Shown piece by piece: positions 25,995-40,049 of a stretch of 64,000 nt of DNA. Made by a program: the position numbers and the translations under genes. Origin of the DNA: Vicugna vicugna (lineage: Eukaryota); the NCBI GenBank assembly GCA_013265495.1, contig MU058781.1:1468963-1532962 (forward strand), in the 5' to 3' direction. Under the pieces are notes generated by a model. That model worked only from the letters and a program-made list of their open reading frames with translations. It had not been told where the DNA came from and did no database searches. Numbering within the stretch: position 1 is the stretch's first letter; each line of letters opens with the position of its first letter.

Positions 25995-26916
25995 ATGGGC
26001 GCTTGGAAGCACGGTCTTTTTTGTGTGTCTCTTGTCACTACCCTGGTTTTTGTATTTGTTTACAATAACGAGTTGTGGGAGAATAAAGATTTTCTGAGAG
26101 CATCTCTGTCCAATGCTTCGCTATTAGCAAAAGCCTGTCATCAGATTGTTAAGGGGAAGGTTTTTTACCCCAGAGAGAATGCACTGAAAACTTCCCTCAG
26201 TGAACCTACCTGCTCTGAGTACATGGCTCAGAGTCACTATATAACAGAAACGCTCTCTGAAGAGGAGGCTGCGTTCCCTTTGGCTTACATGATGACCATC
26301 CATGAAGACTTTGGCACTTTTGAGAGACTCTTCAGGGCAATTTACATGCCCCAAAATGTCTACTGTGTTCATGTGGATGAAAAGGCGAGAGATGCATTTA
26401 AAGATGCCGTGAAGCAATTACTGGGCTGCTTCCCAAATGCCTTTCTGGCTTCCAAGATGGAGCCAGTGGTCTATGGTGGGATTTCCAGGCTCCAGGCTGA
26501 CCTGAACTGCCTGGAAGACCTGAGGGCCTCGGAGGTGCCCTGGAAGTACGCCATCAACACCTGCGGGCAAGATTTCCCCCTGAAAACCAACAGGGAAATC
26601 GTTCAGCATCTGAAAGGCTTTAAAGGGAAAAACATCACCCCAGGCGTGCTGCCTCCCGATCATGCGATTGGACGGACCAAATACGTCCACCAAGAACTAT
26701 TAAGCAAAACAAATTCCTACGTGATTAAAACCTCAAAACTGAAAACTCCAGCCCCTCACAACATGACCATCTACTTTGGCTCTGCCTATGTGGCCCTCAC
26801 AAGGGAATTCGCTAGCTTTGTCCTTCAAGACCAGCATGCACGTGACTTACTGTCCTGGTCCAAAGACACCTACAGCCCTGATGAACATTTCTGGGTCACA
26901 CTCAATAGGATTCCGG
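25995..26916 (+). CDS. GCNT2: GCNT2 alternative exon 1A (IGnT A isoform), coding part
   Basis: [45 protein letters not shown] matches my recollection of the GCNT2 isoform A N-terminus. Full GT14 motifs. 922 nt, phase-1 donor CCGG|GTATGT. Confidence 0.95.
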
Positions 26917-27054
26917 GTATGTCTGCCTCTTAACTTTTGTTTTCATGAATAAACATTGCGTGGTCAAAACTGAACAAACTGCTGAAAAACAGTAAATAAT
27001 AATAATAATAACATTTTAAAGATCTTTACAGTTTCAAGTGTTAATTTAAAAAAT

Positions 27055-27227
27055 CTTGATAAATGACAAGATCTCACTGTATAGCACAGGGATCTATATT
27101 CAGTATCTTGTAATAAACTATAATGGAAAAGAATCTGAAAAATAACATATATATAACTGAATCACTTTGCTGTATACCAGAAGCTAACACAACGTTGTAA
27201 ATTAACTATACTTCCGTTAAAAAAAAG
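27055..27227 (+). mobile_element. L1 3'UTR fragment
   Basis: ctgtatagcacagggatctatattcagtatcttgtaataaactataatggaaaagaatctgaaaa…aactatacttcc plus A tail. Confidence 0.8.
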
Positions 27228-29221
27228 TCTTTACAGCAGCTCTGCTCACAGAGTGGGTGATATAATTCATCTCCATTTTACAGATGAGGAAACTGAGGCA
27301 TAATGGTCAGCAGGGCAGAAGTCTGACTGCCTGACTTGATTTTGCTGATATACCAAGATGCCTTTCTGAGCCCACAGACCCACTGCAAATGGGGGCAAGG
27401 GATTGAGGGAGCAATGCAAAGGAAAGATTAAACCCAACTCTCCTTTAAATGTGATGGCATTTAAAACCAGGAATAAACATTATAAATTAAACTAAATTTG
27501 CATGGTAACTCAAACATTTTAATAATACTTTTTCCCCTGATGAAGCTCCCATAGCTAAATTCACATCCTTTCAAAATGAGAGCAACTTTAGAATTTTTCA
27601 TTTGCAAGTTCTTTCCTGGAGTGGAATCTGAAATTTAGAGCATCTTAAAGATGGCTAGACCAGTGCCTTCTTTTATGGACAATGAAACTTCAGTGTAGTT
27701 ACATGATGTATTCAAATTTCCCAATCAGTAAGTAAATGTGCCAATTATCAACCAGGTCTCCTAAGCCTAAGGTTCAAGTTGACTTTTGATTAGGTCTCAG
27801 TTGTTCCTAAATTAATTCCACCTTTCCTTGGTCCAAGTTCCTAATGATTTGAATAATCTCAAATTGTTACAGTGAACCAATTCAGTTCTGCTGGTTCAAT
27901 TCGAAATAAAAATTCAGATTCACAGTGCAAAGGGAAAGTAACTTGAATTAATGTGAGGATCAGGGTCATGGTTTCTTGACATGAGTAGTTCAACCCTGGA
28001 TGCATTTTGCATTTGCCTAGAGCTTTTATAAATACATTTCCTGAATTCCTGGGTGGACCTAGCCTTCAGTACTTGTTCAGCCTCCAGGAAACTCTCAGGA
28101 ACAGCCAGGGCTGTGAACCATTGTGGATGCTTGCTTTTGATGTTGGAGCACAAAGCTTCCTAGACTTAGAATGCTTTTGAAATCTGTGGTTTTCCCAGAG
28201 CAGGAAGGGGTGATGTTGTAGTGATGAAAGAAATCAGGGCTCAAGTGCATGGGGTGGGGGAGTCAAGCCCATTGAGCTGTTTCTTTGGAACTGTAGCAAC
28301 CAGAATAAGGGAAGTGAAAGCTCCACTTCTGTCTGATGTGTTGCTTAAACCAAGTATGTTGTAGACTGTTCAGGTCTGGGCACCAAACTTTACGGGAAGA
28401 CATTGACAAAGCAGATTCCCAAGAGAGCAGCTGAGAAGGTTAAAAGGCCAGACCCCATGTTTTTTTTCCACATAATTAAAAGATTTGCTCATGAGAGAGA
28501 AGTTAGATCAACTCTGTAGTTTTAGAAGAAGAACCAGCGTCAGTGGCAGGAGACACAAGAACCCATCGATCTGGAATCAGAATGGGTAGCTTGCTCAGTG
28601 GTGAACAAGCCCAAGGGATGGGCAGGGGCAGAGGCAGAGGCTGGAGAAACACTGTAAACTAATTTATCAAGTGTTGGACAAGATGGCCTGCGCGTCTCTT
28701 TCAGTCTGAGAGTCTATGATTCTAACTCATGATTCTAATCAGTTTATTGAACAGACACTTGAGTTAACACCTTGACTGTTCAACATGATTTACCTATTGG
28801 AGCTGGATTTTTACACCTCTGGTAAAGATCAGCAGTGATAGATCAGTGAAACAGTGGAAAAGAAATAGACTGCTCTGCGCATTTCAAAAAATTTAAAAGA
28901 GTGAGCCCTTGAAATGGTTTCTGTTATGTGTATGAAGGATCCTTACTAGAGGCTGGTGGCCCCTCACTGGCCCAGCCAACTCTTGCAGGACCTGGGTCAG
29001 ACCTGAGTGTAGGGTTCGGTCCTGAGGAGGTGAGGGAGCTAGAAACTTAGGTGGCTGTCTGGTTTAACTGTTACTCCTGCTGTGTGAAAATCTGGGTCAT
29101 TTCTGTTTTGAGAGTCCTTCTTAGTCGATGTCTGAGTTTGTTGGTTGTTTGTTTTGGACATTTTAAGATCGTTCTGGTCGACTGCAGTGACTGAGGGCTT
29201 ACTGGAATTCTAAAAGGAGTA

Positions 29222-30402
29222 ATGCTAATTCAAAAAGATACATGCACCCCTATGTTCATTTTTGCATTATTTACAATAGCCAAGATTTGGAAACAACCTA
29301 AATGCCAATCAATGGATGAATGGATAAAGAAGATGGGATATAGATATGGATATATAATGGAATATTACTCAGCCATAAAAAAGGATGAAATCTTGCTATT
29401 TGTGACAACATGGATGGACCCAGAGGGTACTATGCTAAGTGCAGTAAGCCAGACATGGAAAGATAAACACCATATGATTTCACTTACATTGTGAAATTTA
29501 AAAAAACAAAACACGATAAAACAACCAAACAGAAAGAGAGTCATAGATACAGAGCACAAACAGGTGGTTGCCAGAGGGGAGGAGGGTACGGGGAGAAGAC
29601 AGACAGGTGAGGGAGATGAAGACATACAAACCTCCAGTTACAAAATAAACCAGTCATGACTATGAAATGTACAGTGTGAGGCATATAGTCAGTGATGCTA
29701 TAACATCTTTGTATGGAGACAGATGGTACCTGTGGACTTATCATGGTGATTATTTTGAAATGCATAGAAATGTCAAGTCGCTATGTTGTATAACAGGAAA
29801 TCACAGTGTTGTAGATCAATTAAACTTTAAAAACAAACAAATTCATAGAAAAAGATCAGATTTGTAGTTGCCAGAGGTTAGAGGTGGGGGATGAGGAAGG
29901 GGAAAATTGGACGAATGTGGTCAAAAGGTATAAACTTTCAGTTGTAAGGTAGATAAGTACTTGGGATGTAAGGCACATCATAATTAATATAATTAACACT
30001 ACTGTATGTAATACATGACCTTTTTTTAAATTGACGTACAGTCAGTTTACGCGGTGTCAATTTCTGGTGCACAGCACAATGTCCCAGGAATGCATATACA
30101 TACATATATTTGTTTTCATATTCTTTTTCATTAAAGGTTATTACAAGATATTGAACATAGTTCCCTGTGCTGTACTGCAGAAACCTTTTATTTTATATGA
30201 ATGTTGTTAAGAGACTAAATCCTAAGAGTTCTCATCTCAAGGAAAAAAGTATTATTTTTTCTTTTGTTTTTTATCTGTGTGAGATAATGGACACTCACTA
30301 AACTTACTGCGGTAATCATTTCATGATGTATGTAAGTCAAATCATTATGCTGTAGATCTTAAACTTATACAGGGCTGTATGTTAATTATGTCTCAATAAA
30401 GA
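29222..30402 (+). mobile_element. L1 3' fragment with a nested reverse L1-tail piece (about 30021-30185)
   Basis: The ORF2 C-terminal remnant IQKDTCTPMFIFALFTIAKIWKQPKCQSMDEWIKKM…MEYYSAIKKDEI, then a 3'UTR ending tatgtctcaataaa. Confidence 0.9.
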
Positions 30403-32449
30403 TTTTTTTAGATATCAAATTAATATTTAAAAGCCATTAATTTCATGAAAATACTATTAATACTTAATATTCAGAAATAACATCTCTTCCTGTGGTGACC
30501 TGTCTTAATTTTATACTAAGGAAGCTAAAAGTGGATTGAAGAGAAAACAAAAAAATACTAGGAGTTGGGCCCCACTGAACTAGGATCAGTGGTCACCAAT
30601 TAGAATGCATTTCAGGTTTACGCAACTGTAGTGTGTTTTGAACAATCTAAAAATCTGTTTACTCTGTGGAGTCAGACAGTGGCCTCCAATTTGCTGGTAG
30701 GATTTAAACGCAGATGAGTCCTGGCTCCGCCACCTACAGTCTGTGTGGATCTGGGCAAAATGCCTAATTTCTCTGAGTCTGATTCTTCATCCAAATATCC
30801 CGTCGGACTGTGGGACAGATTAGGCTATATACACAAATTGTACCTGGTACATTGTAGGAACTCATTAAATATTCAAAGAGAGGGGGAACAGATGAACTTC
30901 TTCGATGCTGATTTTTGAGGTTTTAATGTGATAATTCTAAAACTTGTGTGGGTGAAACCCCCCCCCCCACCGAATAATGTGCTTTTGGAAGTGCGGGGGT
31001 GATTTTTTTGCTAGAAACCGAGAATGTGACCCACAGAGGTTTTCCCCTCGGCTGTTGCTTTTCTTAGAAACATCACACGCATAGAATCTGAAGTGGCTGG
31101 TCTCTCTTTCCTCTGATTAGAAAGTAGGCTTCTGTGACGAGTGGCCGGCCTCTGACTCTGCCAAGCTTCTGTCACTCTAGGTTGGTCTGAAGACAAACAG
31201 TCCCCAGGCCTTCGCTTGCACGGTCCCCTTGTTCCTAAATGCCCTCTATTTTTGCTGCTCATTCCGGCTTGCTCTCCAGGCCTCAGGGGGATGTCCCTCA
31301 CTCCCTCACAGGGGCTTCCCCTCCTCTCCTCCTGCACAGAAGCAGCCACCCTCCCCTCCCATGTTACTCCTGCGCCGGCCTAGCTGCCTCCCTCTCTGGG
31401 CTTCTAATCGAGGGTTGAGTGAGGAGCCAATAAATGGCAAAGAGCCTTATTCTGTTTCTCAACTACAATATTTTCTTCAAATGAAGGACATTCCCTTTCA
31501 CTTTTGCAGAACGTTTATTTTGTTATTTCCCATCCTAATTCATCTTTTAAGCCATCCCTGGGGCAGGTGTCCTGCCCCACACTCTCTTTTCCAGAAGGCC
31601 AACATCCTTGCCGCCTCGGCTAAATCCATCAGAAAACTCTGGGACAGTGGTGGGTCTGTGGGGGTCGGTAGACATCTGACTGCTAAGGTCACTAGACATT
31701 ACCCTCTTTCCGCATTTGGAAGATTGCAGTTGTCCATTTTTATTCAGGTCCAGAAAAGTGAAATCAAAAATTAAGGGAATTTGCCAGGCATTTTGACCCT
31801 GAGGGGCTTTGGTTTAAAAATATCCGGAAAATGCAGTCAAAGAGCTTTCTTCTGCTACCACTTGAATTCCTTGTGTAATTGCTGAGCCCCAAGCCGACCT
31901 CTCAGCCTTTGTGCTGGTTTTCACCCTAGGCCTCTCTTTGCCTGGAGAAATTCTGATTATCTCTGAAGGCCCTGAGCTCTGTGAAATCACTGACCACTGA
32001 CCACCCACCACGCCTGGGGCAGAGTTGATGTTTGTCCTCTGGGCTCTTTTTTCCCCTCCCTGATAGCCCTTATCTTCTTGGAGTTTGTCATTTCAGTATC
32101 TGTGGAGATGGACAGAATGCAGAATCCTGGAGTGTCCAATGAGATTTCTGTCTTTGCACGCTGCAGCCCACACAGCGCTGGGTGTCAGGTGGAAGTCAGT
32201 TCACCTGCATTGTTAGTATAAAATAAACGTGGTGTTGCTTGCATGCGAACCCGGAAGTTTTTGACTGTCTTAGTCACTGACAGCTTATAATTGACCCAGG
32301 GTTAGTCACTACAAAGTCTTTCTTGAAGGCCAGTGAATCACCATCACGTGAGGTCGTCTCAGTGTCAGGCACTTGAAGAAACTGCCTTTTTCTCCCTAAG
32401 TTAACAGTTTTACTGAGGTATGCTTTACACATCAAAGAATGGAGGTTTG

Positions 32450-32663
32450 GGAAGGGATAGACGGGATTTCAAAACTGTAGAACAGATAAGATTATACTGT
32501 ACAGCACAGGGAAATATACACAAGATCTTATGGTAGCTCACAGAGAAAAAAATGTGGCAATGAATATATATATGTTAATGTATAACTAAAAATTGTGCTG
32601 AACACTGGAATTTGACACAACGTTGTAAAATGATTATAAATCAATAAAAAATGTTTAAAAAAA
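32450..32663 (+). mobile_element. Young 5'-truncated L1 insertion with 16-bp TSD
   Basis: Flanked by AAAGAATGGAGGTTTG (32434-32449) and AAAGAACGGAGGTTTG (32664-32679); poly-A tail. Confidence 0.85.
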
Positions 32664-32679
32664 AAAGAACGGAGGTTTG

Positions 32680-33445
32680 TAATTCAGGTACATGATTCAC
32701 ATAACCGTAAAATTTGCTCATTTCAAGTCAACGATTTGATGATTTTTAGCATATTTACAGGTGTGCTACCATGACCCCAATTTAATTGAGAATATTTTAA
32801 TCACCTCTCAAAGAAACCTCATGTCCACTTACTGCCACTCTCCATTTCCACACCTGACCCTTCGATTTCTGTCTGGATTTGCCTTTTCTAGACGTTTTGT
32901 ATAAATCAAGCTGGACGTATTTCTTCATGTTTGGCTCTTTCTACTGAATGTAATAGTTTGAAGTTCATCCATGTTGGACCGTGAATCAGAACTTCACTCC
33001 TTTAGATGGGTGACTACTATTCCATTGTGTGGATATACCACATTTTGTCTATCCATTCATCCACTGATAGACATCTGAGTTGCTTCTACTTCTTGGCCAT
33101 TAGGAATAATGCTGCTATGAACTTTCTGGGGCAAGTCCTTGTATAAACACATTTTCATTTTTCCGGGGTAGATTCTAAAAGTGAAACTGATGGTGTCTGT
33201 TAACTCTCTGTTTAACATTTTGAGGAACTGCCGAGCTGGTTTCCAAAGCAGTTGCAACATTTTGCATTCCCATCAGCAGTGTGTGAAGGTTCCGGTTTCT
33301 TCACATCATTGTCTGTCTTTAATTTCACGCATTCCAGTGGGCATGCAGTGGTATCGCTTGCAGTTCGACTTGCATTTCCCTAATGAGCGACGATGTTGAA
33401 CATCTTCTCATGTGCTTGTTGGCCTTTGGTCTGTCTTCTTAGAAG
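32680..33445 (-). mobile_element. Old L1M fragment
   Basis: ttccattgtgtggatataccacattttgtctatccattcatcc…tttaacattttgaggaactgcc…tgcatttccctaatgagcgacgatgttgaacatc. Confidence 0.85.
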
Positions 33446-33799
33446 AGGACTAAGTGCCTTTTGGACATTGTTTCTTTCAATCTCGGTGTTGTTTCGATCT
33501 CTGTTTTATAGATGAGGAAACCAAGGTGTGGAGAGTTTGTGTTACTTTCCCAAGGACACTCAGCTCTTAAGTGCCAAAGTCAAGACACTTAAATTTGTTT
33601 CGAAGATGGGGTAGATTAAAAGATGAAATTGCCCAACATTCACATTTCAGGTCCAAAACGTTAATTCAGGTTTCTACTTCCTGAATCATCTGACTAAGCA
33701 ATTAGCTAACACTCACTTAAAAAATAAAGCAACCCATTTATTTTGTTTGTTTGTTTCTCTATTTTATTTTAATGCCCTTTTTATTTTTTATTTCTAAAA

Positions 33800-34345
33800 T
33801 GAATTGTTAATACTATTTTTAAATTAACTTACTTTAAATCAAAGTAAAAAGTTACTTTCCATTTACACTTCCTGCAAACTACTGGCTGTATTCCCCATGT
33901 TGTACCATCCATCCTTGACTCTATTTGACACCCAGTAGTTTGTACCTTCCACCCCCACTCCCTCCCCTGCTGGTAACTGCTAGTTTGTCCTCTGTATCTG
34001 TGAGTATGAAAACAACCCATTTAACTGAGACACTGTAGTTACTAACATGCACTAACATGTAGTTACTAAGATTTGACCCCTTTTCTGTGGTTTTATGCAA
34101 ACTGTAATTCCAACTCCTTTTAAAAATCAAATGCCTGGGGTTAACAGATACACACTACTATATATAAAACAGATAAACAACAAGGACCTACTATATAGCA
34201 CAGGGAATATATTCAATTTCACATATAACCTATAATGGAAAAAAATCTGAAAACATATGTATATATATGTATGTGTATGAATAAGTGAATCGCTTTGCTG
34301 CATACCTGGAACTAACATTGTAAATCAATTTCACTTCGATAAAAT
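33800..34345. mobile_element. Two short L1 3' fragments in opposite orientation (about 33800-34005 on -, about 34130-34345 on +)
   Basis: ccctgctggtaactgctagtttgtcctctgtatctgtgagt; and ggggttaacagatacacactactatatataaaacagataaacaacaaggacctactatatagcacaggg. Confidence 0.75.
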
Positions 34346-36214
34346 ACAATTTTTTTTTTTTATTTTTAAAAAGAATCAAATGGCTACAATTCCCTCCTGT
34401 CTAACAAAAACCTTATTTGCTATCTCTAGTCTCTGGCCTTTCTGCCAGCTCTTTAACAGTGAGACGAAGGGGTTTATGCTGGAGTCCCAGTTAGGGTTTT
34501 GTGGCTTTTTCTTTTTGTTTCTTCCATTTCACAAGAGAAGCCCTTGGCAGTGGTCTCCGTTCGCGTGAGTGTGCATTGGTCTGTGCTAGCTATATTTGAC
34601 CACCTAGAAACTTAGAGGGGGTGGGTGTTTAAATCTACACCTCTTTGCTGCTTCAGCACCTTTTCCTGTGTTATCCAGCTCAACACATTCAGGGCTGCAT
34701 CTGACAGAGTTTCGTAACCATTTGTTTTTTCCCTCCGAGGATTCATAAATGTATCTCTCTAGTTTTCTCCTTATTAGGAATGAAGTGAACTTCAAATTCC
34801 TATAATCTTTGCAATCTTAACTAGCCTCCTTCTAGCCGGGGTGAAAAATCATAACAATTTTTACGGAAAGTAAATCAGGTCCCCCTGCCCCCGCCGCTGC
34901 TACCGCCCCGCTTCCCGGTAGAATTTTCCATGCAAATGCTGAGCTGTATGCAGCTGTTTTTAGCTGCTCTTTGCGACTTGACAGGGCTCAGTCCTGCTCT
35001 GTGAGACGCCAAAGGCTTCAGTCTTATGAATCAGGCAAAAGCTGAGTGTAGGGTGGGTTTACGGCTTTCTTTGCTTCCTAGCTTCAAAACCATAAAAGGG
35101 AAGGTTAAAATAGGAGGGGAAGTGAAATTAAGGACAAAGCAGGATTGGGAATAAAATTAATGGCAACAATAGGTCACTATTGACAAGAGATGGAGCCTGA
35201 GAATAGAAACCTGAAGTCGTTCTGAAGGTCATGGAGCCCAGAACAGCCTTGAACAGCCTCCTTCTGGGCACAGCTAGAAATGGCTCCATCTTTTCCCAAA
35301 GCGTATGGAGTGCTTCTAGCTCAGTTCCCCAACTGTTTCCTGTAGTGGCAGCCTCCTGGAGACCAGCGACCTTCTGAGTTGAGAATCAGAGTTTCCTCAT
35401 TGGGTAACTTGGGGGAGGTGGAAGGACAGCCCCTAACACCAGCTATCCGGTGTCATTCACACTTCCTGGTACCCTGTTTTAACATGCGTTGTCCTTGTCA
35501 GTGCAGTGGGCCCCTCCATCCTTATCCAGTCTAGATGACACGTGCTTTAAAGGCTGGCAGTCAGTTCTGTGTTGATGAGCGCAAAACGTTTTTGAACTAA
35601 GTGTTGACCTCCTGTTCTGTTTCCTCCTGGCTCCTTTTCTGCTGGGTGTCGTTCCCTGGTAGGAAGGAGAAGTGGTCAGGTTGTGGCCAAGGGTGGTTAA
35701 TGTTGGGAGGCAGAGTGGAAACACCCTTGGTCTGCTTAAGGAAGAAATTATGTGGGCTCTGGTATGCGGTTCTGCAGAGCAGTTGATCATCAGTGATAAC
35801 CATACAAACCAGTTATTCCAGAAAGACACCTGATCCCCACTCACCTGGAAGACTCCTCTGGAAGAGTATTTCTAGGAGAAGGACTTTGACTCATTCTATT
35901 CATTCATTCATTCCTGGTGAGATATTATATAACATAGAAAAGGGCACATATCATTAGGGCTCAGGCTGATGCAGGGCATGGGACTGCCCCCACAGCAAGG
36001 CACACAGCATGAGCAACACCCCAGTCACCACCCTGATGTCTGACAGCAGAGGTGCTTTTACCTGCTTTTGTCCTTTACAGAAATAGAAACACACGGCAAG
36101 TGCTTTTTCTGTCTGCCCTTTTTGGCTCAGGGTATGTTTGTGAGAGTCCCCTTTGCTGTCGTTGCAGGTAGCTCTACTGATTCAGTCTCACGGCTCTGTG
36201 AGGTGCGGGTGGGG

Positions 36215-36416
36215 GGAGACGATTCTGTCCCCCAGGGAACACCTGGCGATATCTGGAGGCGTTTTTTGGTTTTCACAGCTCGGGCAGGGGGTGATAGTGG
36301 CAACTGGTGGGTAGAGACCAGGGATGCTGCTGCAGATACTGCCGGGCACGGGACAGCCCCCACGGCAAGGCACAATGGGGCCACGTGCCAAGAGCGCCAA
36401 GGCTGAGAAACCCTGC
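36215..36416. mobile_element. MER20-like hAT DNA transposon
   Basis: ccccagggaacacctggcgatatctggaggcgttttttggttttcacagct…tggtgggtagagaccagggatgctgc…gccaaggctgagaaaccctg. Confidence 0.8.
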
Positions 36417-37249
36417 TATGTAACTATACAACTGTGGTTATACACTATCGCCAAATAGCTATATAATTAGAACAACTCTAACTATAACCATTTAACTATA
36501 TAACAGCCAACTATGGGTGGGCGTTTGGGTCCGTTATAAACATGGCGTCAGTGAACGTTGAGCTGTGTGTCCTTGGATGAACTTGGACACGTTTCTGTTG
36601 TGTAAATACCTGGGAATGGAATTGCTCGGTCAGAGGATATGTCTGTGCTCAGCTTGAGCAGACGCTGTCAGTTGTCCATAGTTGTCCCAATTCACGTGTC
36701 CAGCGGCAGTGCATGAGTGGTCCGGTTGCTCTGCCTCTGCCCCAATATTGGGTATTTTCTGACTCTTGCTCATTTTTAGAAAAATTTTTGTATCCTTCTA
36801 CAGCCTCCCCCATGTCAGCTTATCACACTAGATACTCAAAGCATCGTTGTTTGTAGGTAAATAATCGTAATCTATATTTTGTGGAAGAATGGGATTACGC
36901 ACAGGTGTGCTTGCTGTGTACAGTAAATTCGAGCATGCATTTGCAGCAGGATGATTGGCAACTAGGGTTTGTCTTATGTAAATAATAGCAACTTAGCACC
37001 TTTCTGTATATCCATTTTCTTTCATTCTTCCTGAAAGCACCAATTATCTTTCCACTGTAAATTTTATTGGAGGGATCAGATTATCCACCGTTTGAATTCA
37101 TGTTTATTAAGTATTTCCAAATTATACAGTATTGTTTATCCCACAACATAGGCTGTTTTGTTTACAGCATATTTCTTAGTCTTAGGAAAATAGGTTGGGG
37201 GGAGGGGGGTCACTGAGGAAAAAGAAATCATTGAATTTTGGCGTCTGAT

Positions 37250-37415
37250 CCATTATTTCTCAAACTTCGGTCTCAAGACCTTGTTAGAAATGCAAATGAT
37301 TAAATTCCACCCGGAACTAACTGACTTCTTGGGGTGGGGGACCCTGCAACCTGTATTTTAACAGCCCTTCCATGTAAAGAGATGTTAAACAGAAGTTTGC
37401 AGACTTTTGATCTAA
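37250..37415. mobile_element. MER5-like DNA transposon remnant
   Basis: ttctcaaactt…cttgttagaaatgcaaat…acctgcaacctgtattttaacagcccttcca…aagtttg. Confidence 0.55.
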
Positions 37416-39401
37416 ACTTTCCTCAACCTCAAGCCACAGGCACACCTAGTTTGGCTGAATCCTTTCTGGAAACAAGTATTTTGGTAAAACCATGAGTCAG
37501 TTCTTCCTCCAAAGTTAAGCAGTTAATTTCCACAAGTAAATTCAGTGGTGAGTTTCACCCTGAACTGTTTATTGGCTGTGACCTATTTGGGATCATTTTT
37601 CATTTTCTAAGTCCTCCAATAACAGGCTCTTCGTAGCATTAATTGCTACATTTCTGCTACCAGAAGATTGCGTCCTGTCTGCACACGCTTTGACATTTGC
37701 CTATGGGAATTTGTGTGTGGTATCTTTTGCAAATATTTGCTTAGCATCCTTTAGCATCCAGGAAGTGATGCCTTTGCTACATCAAAATCAGATGCAGATT
37801 CCTGCAGCTCACACGACCATGGTATGATCTAGTATGGACGCCTTCTGAACCTGCCACCTAGGTTCTTGAAAAGTCTGGGTATTAAACTTCTTCCCCCTCT
37901 GAGACAAGGGTTTGAAATCACGCTTTGGGTTCTGTGATCTAGACAACAACTTCTGTGCTGCTAATTAGATGAGCGGTGTAGAAAGGAAGATGATTGAGTC
38001 CCAGGAGAAGGTGGATCTTCCCCAGCGAACCCCACTGGAGGACTTCTGAGTTATGGGAGAACCGTTTTTTTAGTTAAAGATGTGCTTTGGAAATGTCTGC
38101 ATTCTTCTTCGCTTTAGCATTATGATCATTTTAAAAAAAATATACATACATACATAAATACACAGACAGATAGATAGATCGATCGATAGACAAAAGGTTT
38201 CGTTTACAAACCATCTGGACACCCGCCGCAGAATTAATTGGCTGTACAAAGTGAACTGGATTGTCACCATTCTCTGCTTTCTCATGAAATACTCTTAGTT
38301 CCAAGGGGGAAAAAATAAATCCCTACATTTTATAATTAAGAATGAATCCCTGAGTCATTTGACCTGCTTCAATAACAACACAAACCACACAAAAATGACC
38401 TTCCAAAGAACAGCTACCTGCAAGACCAAGAACCTCATTTACCTAATCTTTTCTGCCTTACGCCTCTCAAAGACACGTCAACAAACCTTATCAGACCCAG
38501 CCCTCTCAGTGCCCTTTCCCTGTTACATAACATAATAAATCTAGCGTTTGTGCTCAAGCCTGTGTCCCCTCCATTTCTTTCTCCACTACAGGATAGCAGT
38601 TAATTGAGAATGGAAAAACAAGTCCCAGAACAATTATGAAAGTATAATGGCGTTTGCATAAGTACGTGCAATTAAACCCGGGAAAGATGGGCGAGGATGT
38701 GGGGCTGTAACTCGGTGTTGATGTGGTTACATTTACAGTTAGGTCCCCGTACAGGCGTGGGCTGAGAGGCAAGAGAAAAAAGTACTGTTTGTCTGGTAAA
38801 ATCACACCTCTGGGTAACTAGAAATTGGCTTTAAAGAAAAAAATCGTGATGGCTCTCCTAGTCTTTGCTCTCCTAACATATAAATTGAAACAGTGGGCAA
38901 AACGTGGATTTCAACATTCATTCTCCCATAGCTGAAAATGGTTTCTTTAAAGGTGGAAATGTGGCTAGAACTCAGGTTCCCTGGGTTTTGCACTGTGCTC
39001 CATTAGTAATTATGGGGGTTAATGGATAACCCTTCCTTGACATAGATGAGAAAGCACATCTTACGTGTTTAATGTGATTAAAATGTTGTGGGGTGTTTTG
39101 TTTTGTTTTGGTTCAGTGTCATTTAATCTGTCTGGTCAACCCATCTGATCATACTTTTTGTTGAAACTGATCAGAAGAAAAGATACCTATTGCTCTGTTC
39201 CCAATTCTAGTTAAAAGAACATTTACTCAGGAGCACCTGGAACCATGAAGGATGTAGACACATTCATTTACTAACTCAATACATATAAACAGGTAAACAA
39301 TGCCCCCAAATGCCTCGTGTCTCATCTGGATAAACAGGTCACAAGGCCTGCTGGGAAGGAAAGGGGCCAGGTAATGGCCTTCCCCTATTACAACAAGCAG
39401 T

Positions 39402-39540
39402 TTTTATTTTTAAATTTTTTTTGGTGGGGGGAGGTAATTAGGTTTCCTTATTTATTCTTAGAGGAGTCACTGGGGATAGAACCCAGAACCTCATGCGTAC
39501 TAAGCAAACACTCTACCACTTGAGCTATAACCCACCCCCA
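39402..39540 (-). mobile_element. tRNA-derived SINE
   Basis: gggggaggtaattaggttt…ggggatagaacccagaacctcatgcgtactaagcaaacactctaccacttgagctata. Flanked by aacaagcagttttt / aacaagtggttttt. Confidence 0.8.
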
Positions 39541-40049
39541 CCAACAAGTGGTTTTTTAAAAAAAGCTCTCCTGTAGGGATTGTTTAATACCGAAGGACAG
39601 CCAAAAGGACAACAGGAAAAAGCTCTGTTTTCAACACTCAGACAATGCCGTTTTAAATAACACATTGACTCCAGAAGTATGATGCAATTTCCTAATTTAG
39701 CTACTGTCTGTATTTCTCAATATAGTAACATTCATGTTTCTCCTCCGCATGTATAAATCTGAACCCCGGGTTGTTGGCCAGTTGGAAATAAAAGTGTAAA
39801 TAGACTCTGCTGGCCTGATTAAGTCATGTAGTGGAACGCTTTGTCAAACTGCAAGTATTTAAAATATTTTAATATTCATTCTAAGCCAAAAAGCTTTGGC
39901 CAAACTAGATCCTGAAATTACTCTCTGTTGTTTTGAAATAGGAGATACAATCGCCTGATATTTAAAGGTATTATTTGGGGGAATCCAAAAAAAAAAAAAG
40001 AGGTTGGAATTGAATTTTCCATTGTCATGAATTTTAAGTCATTTTCAGT

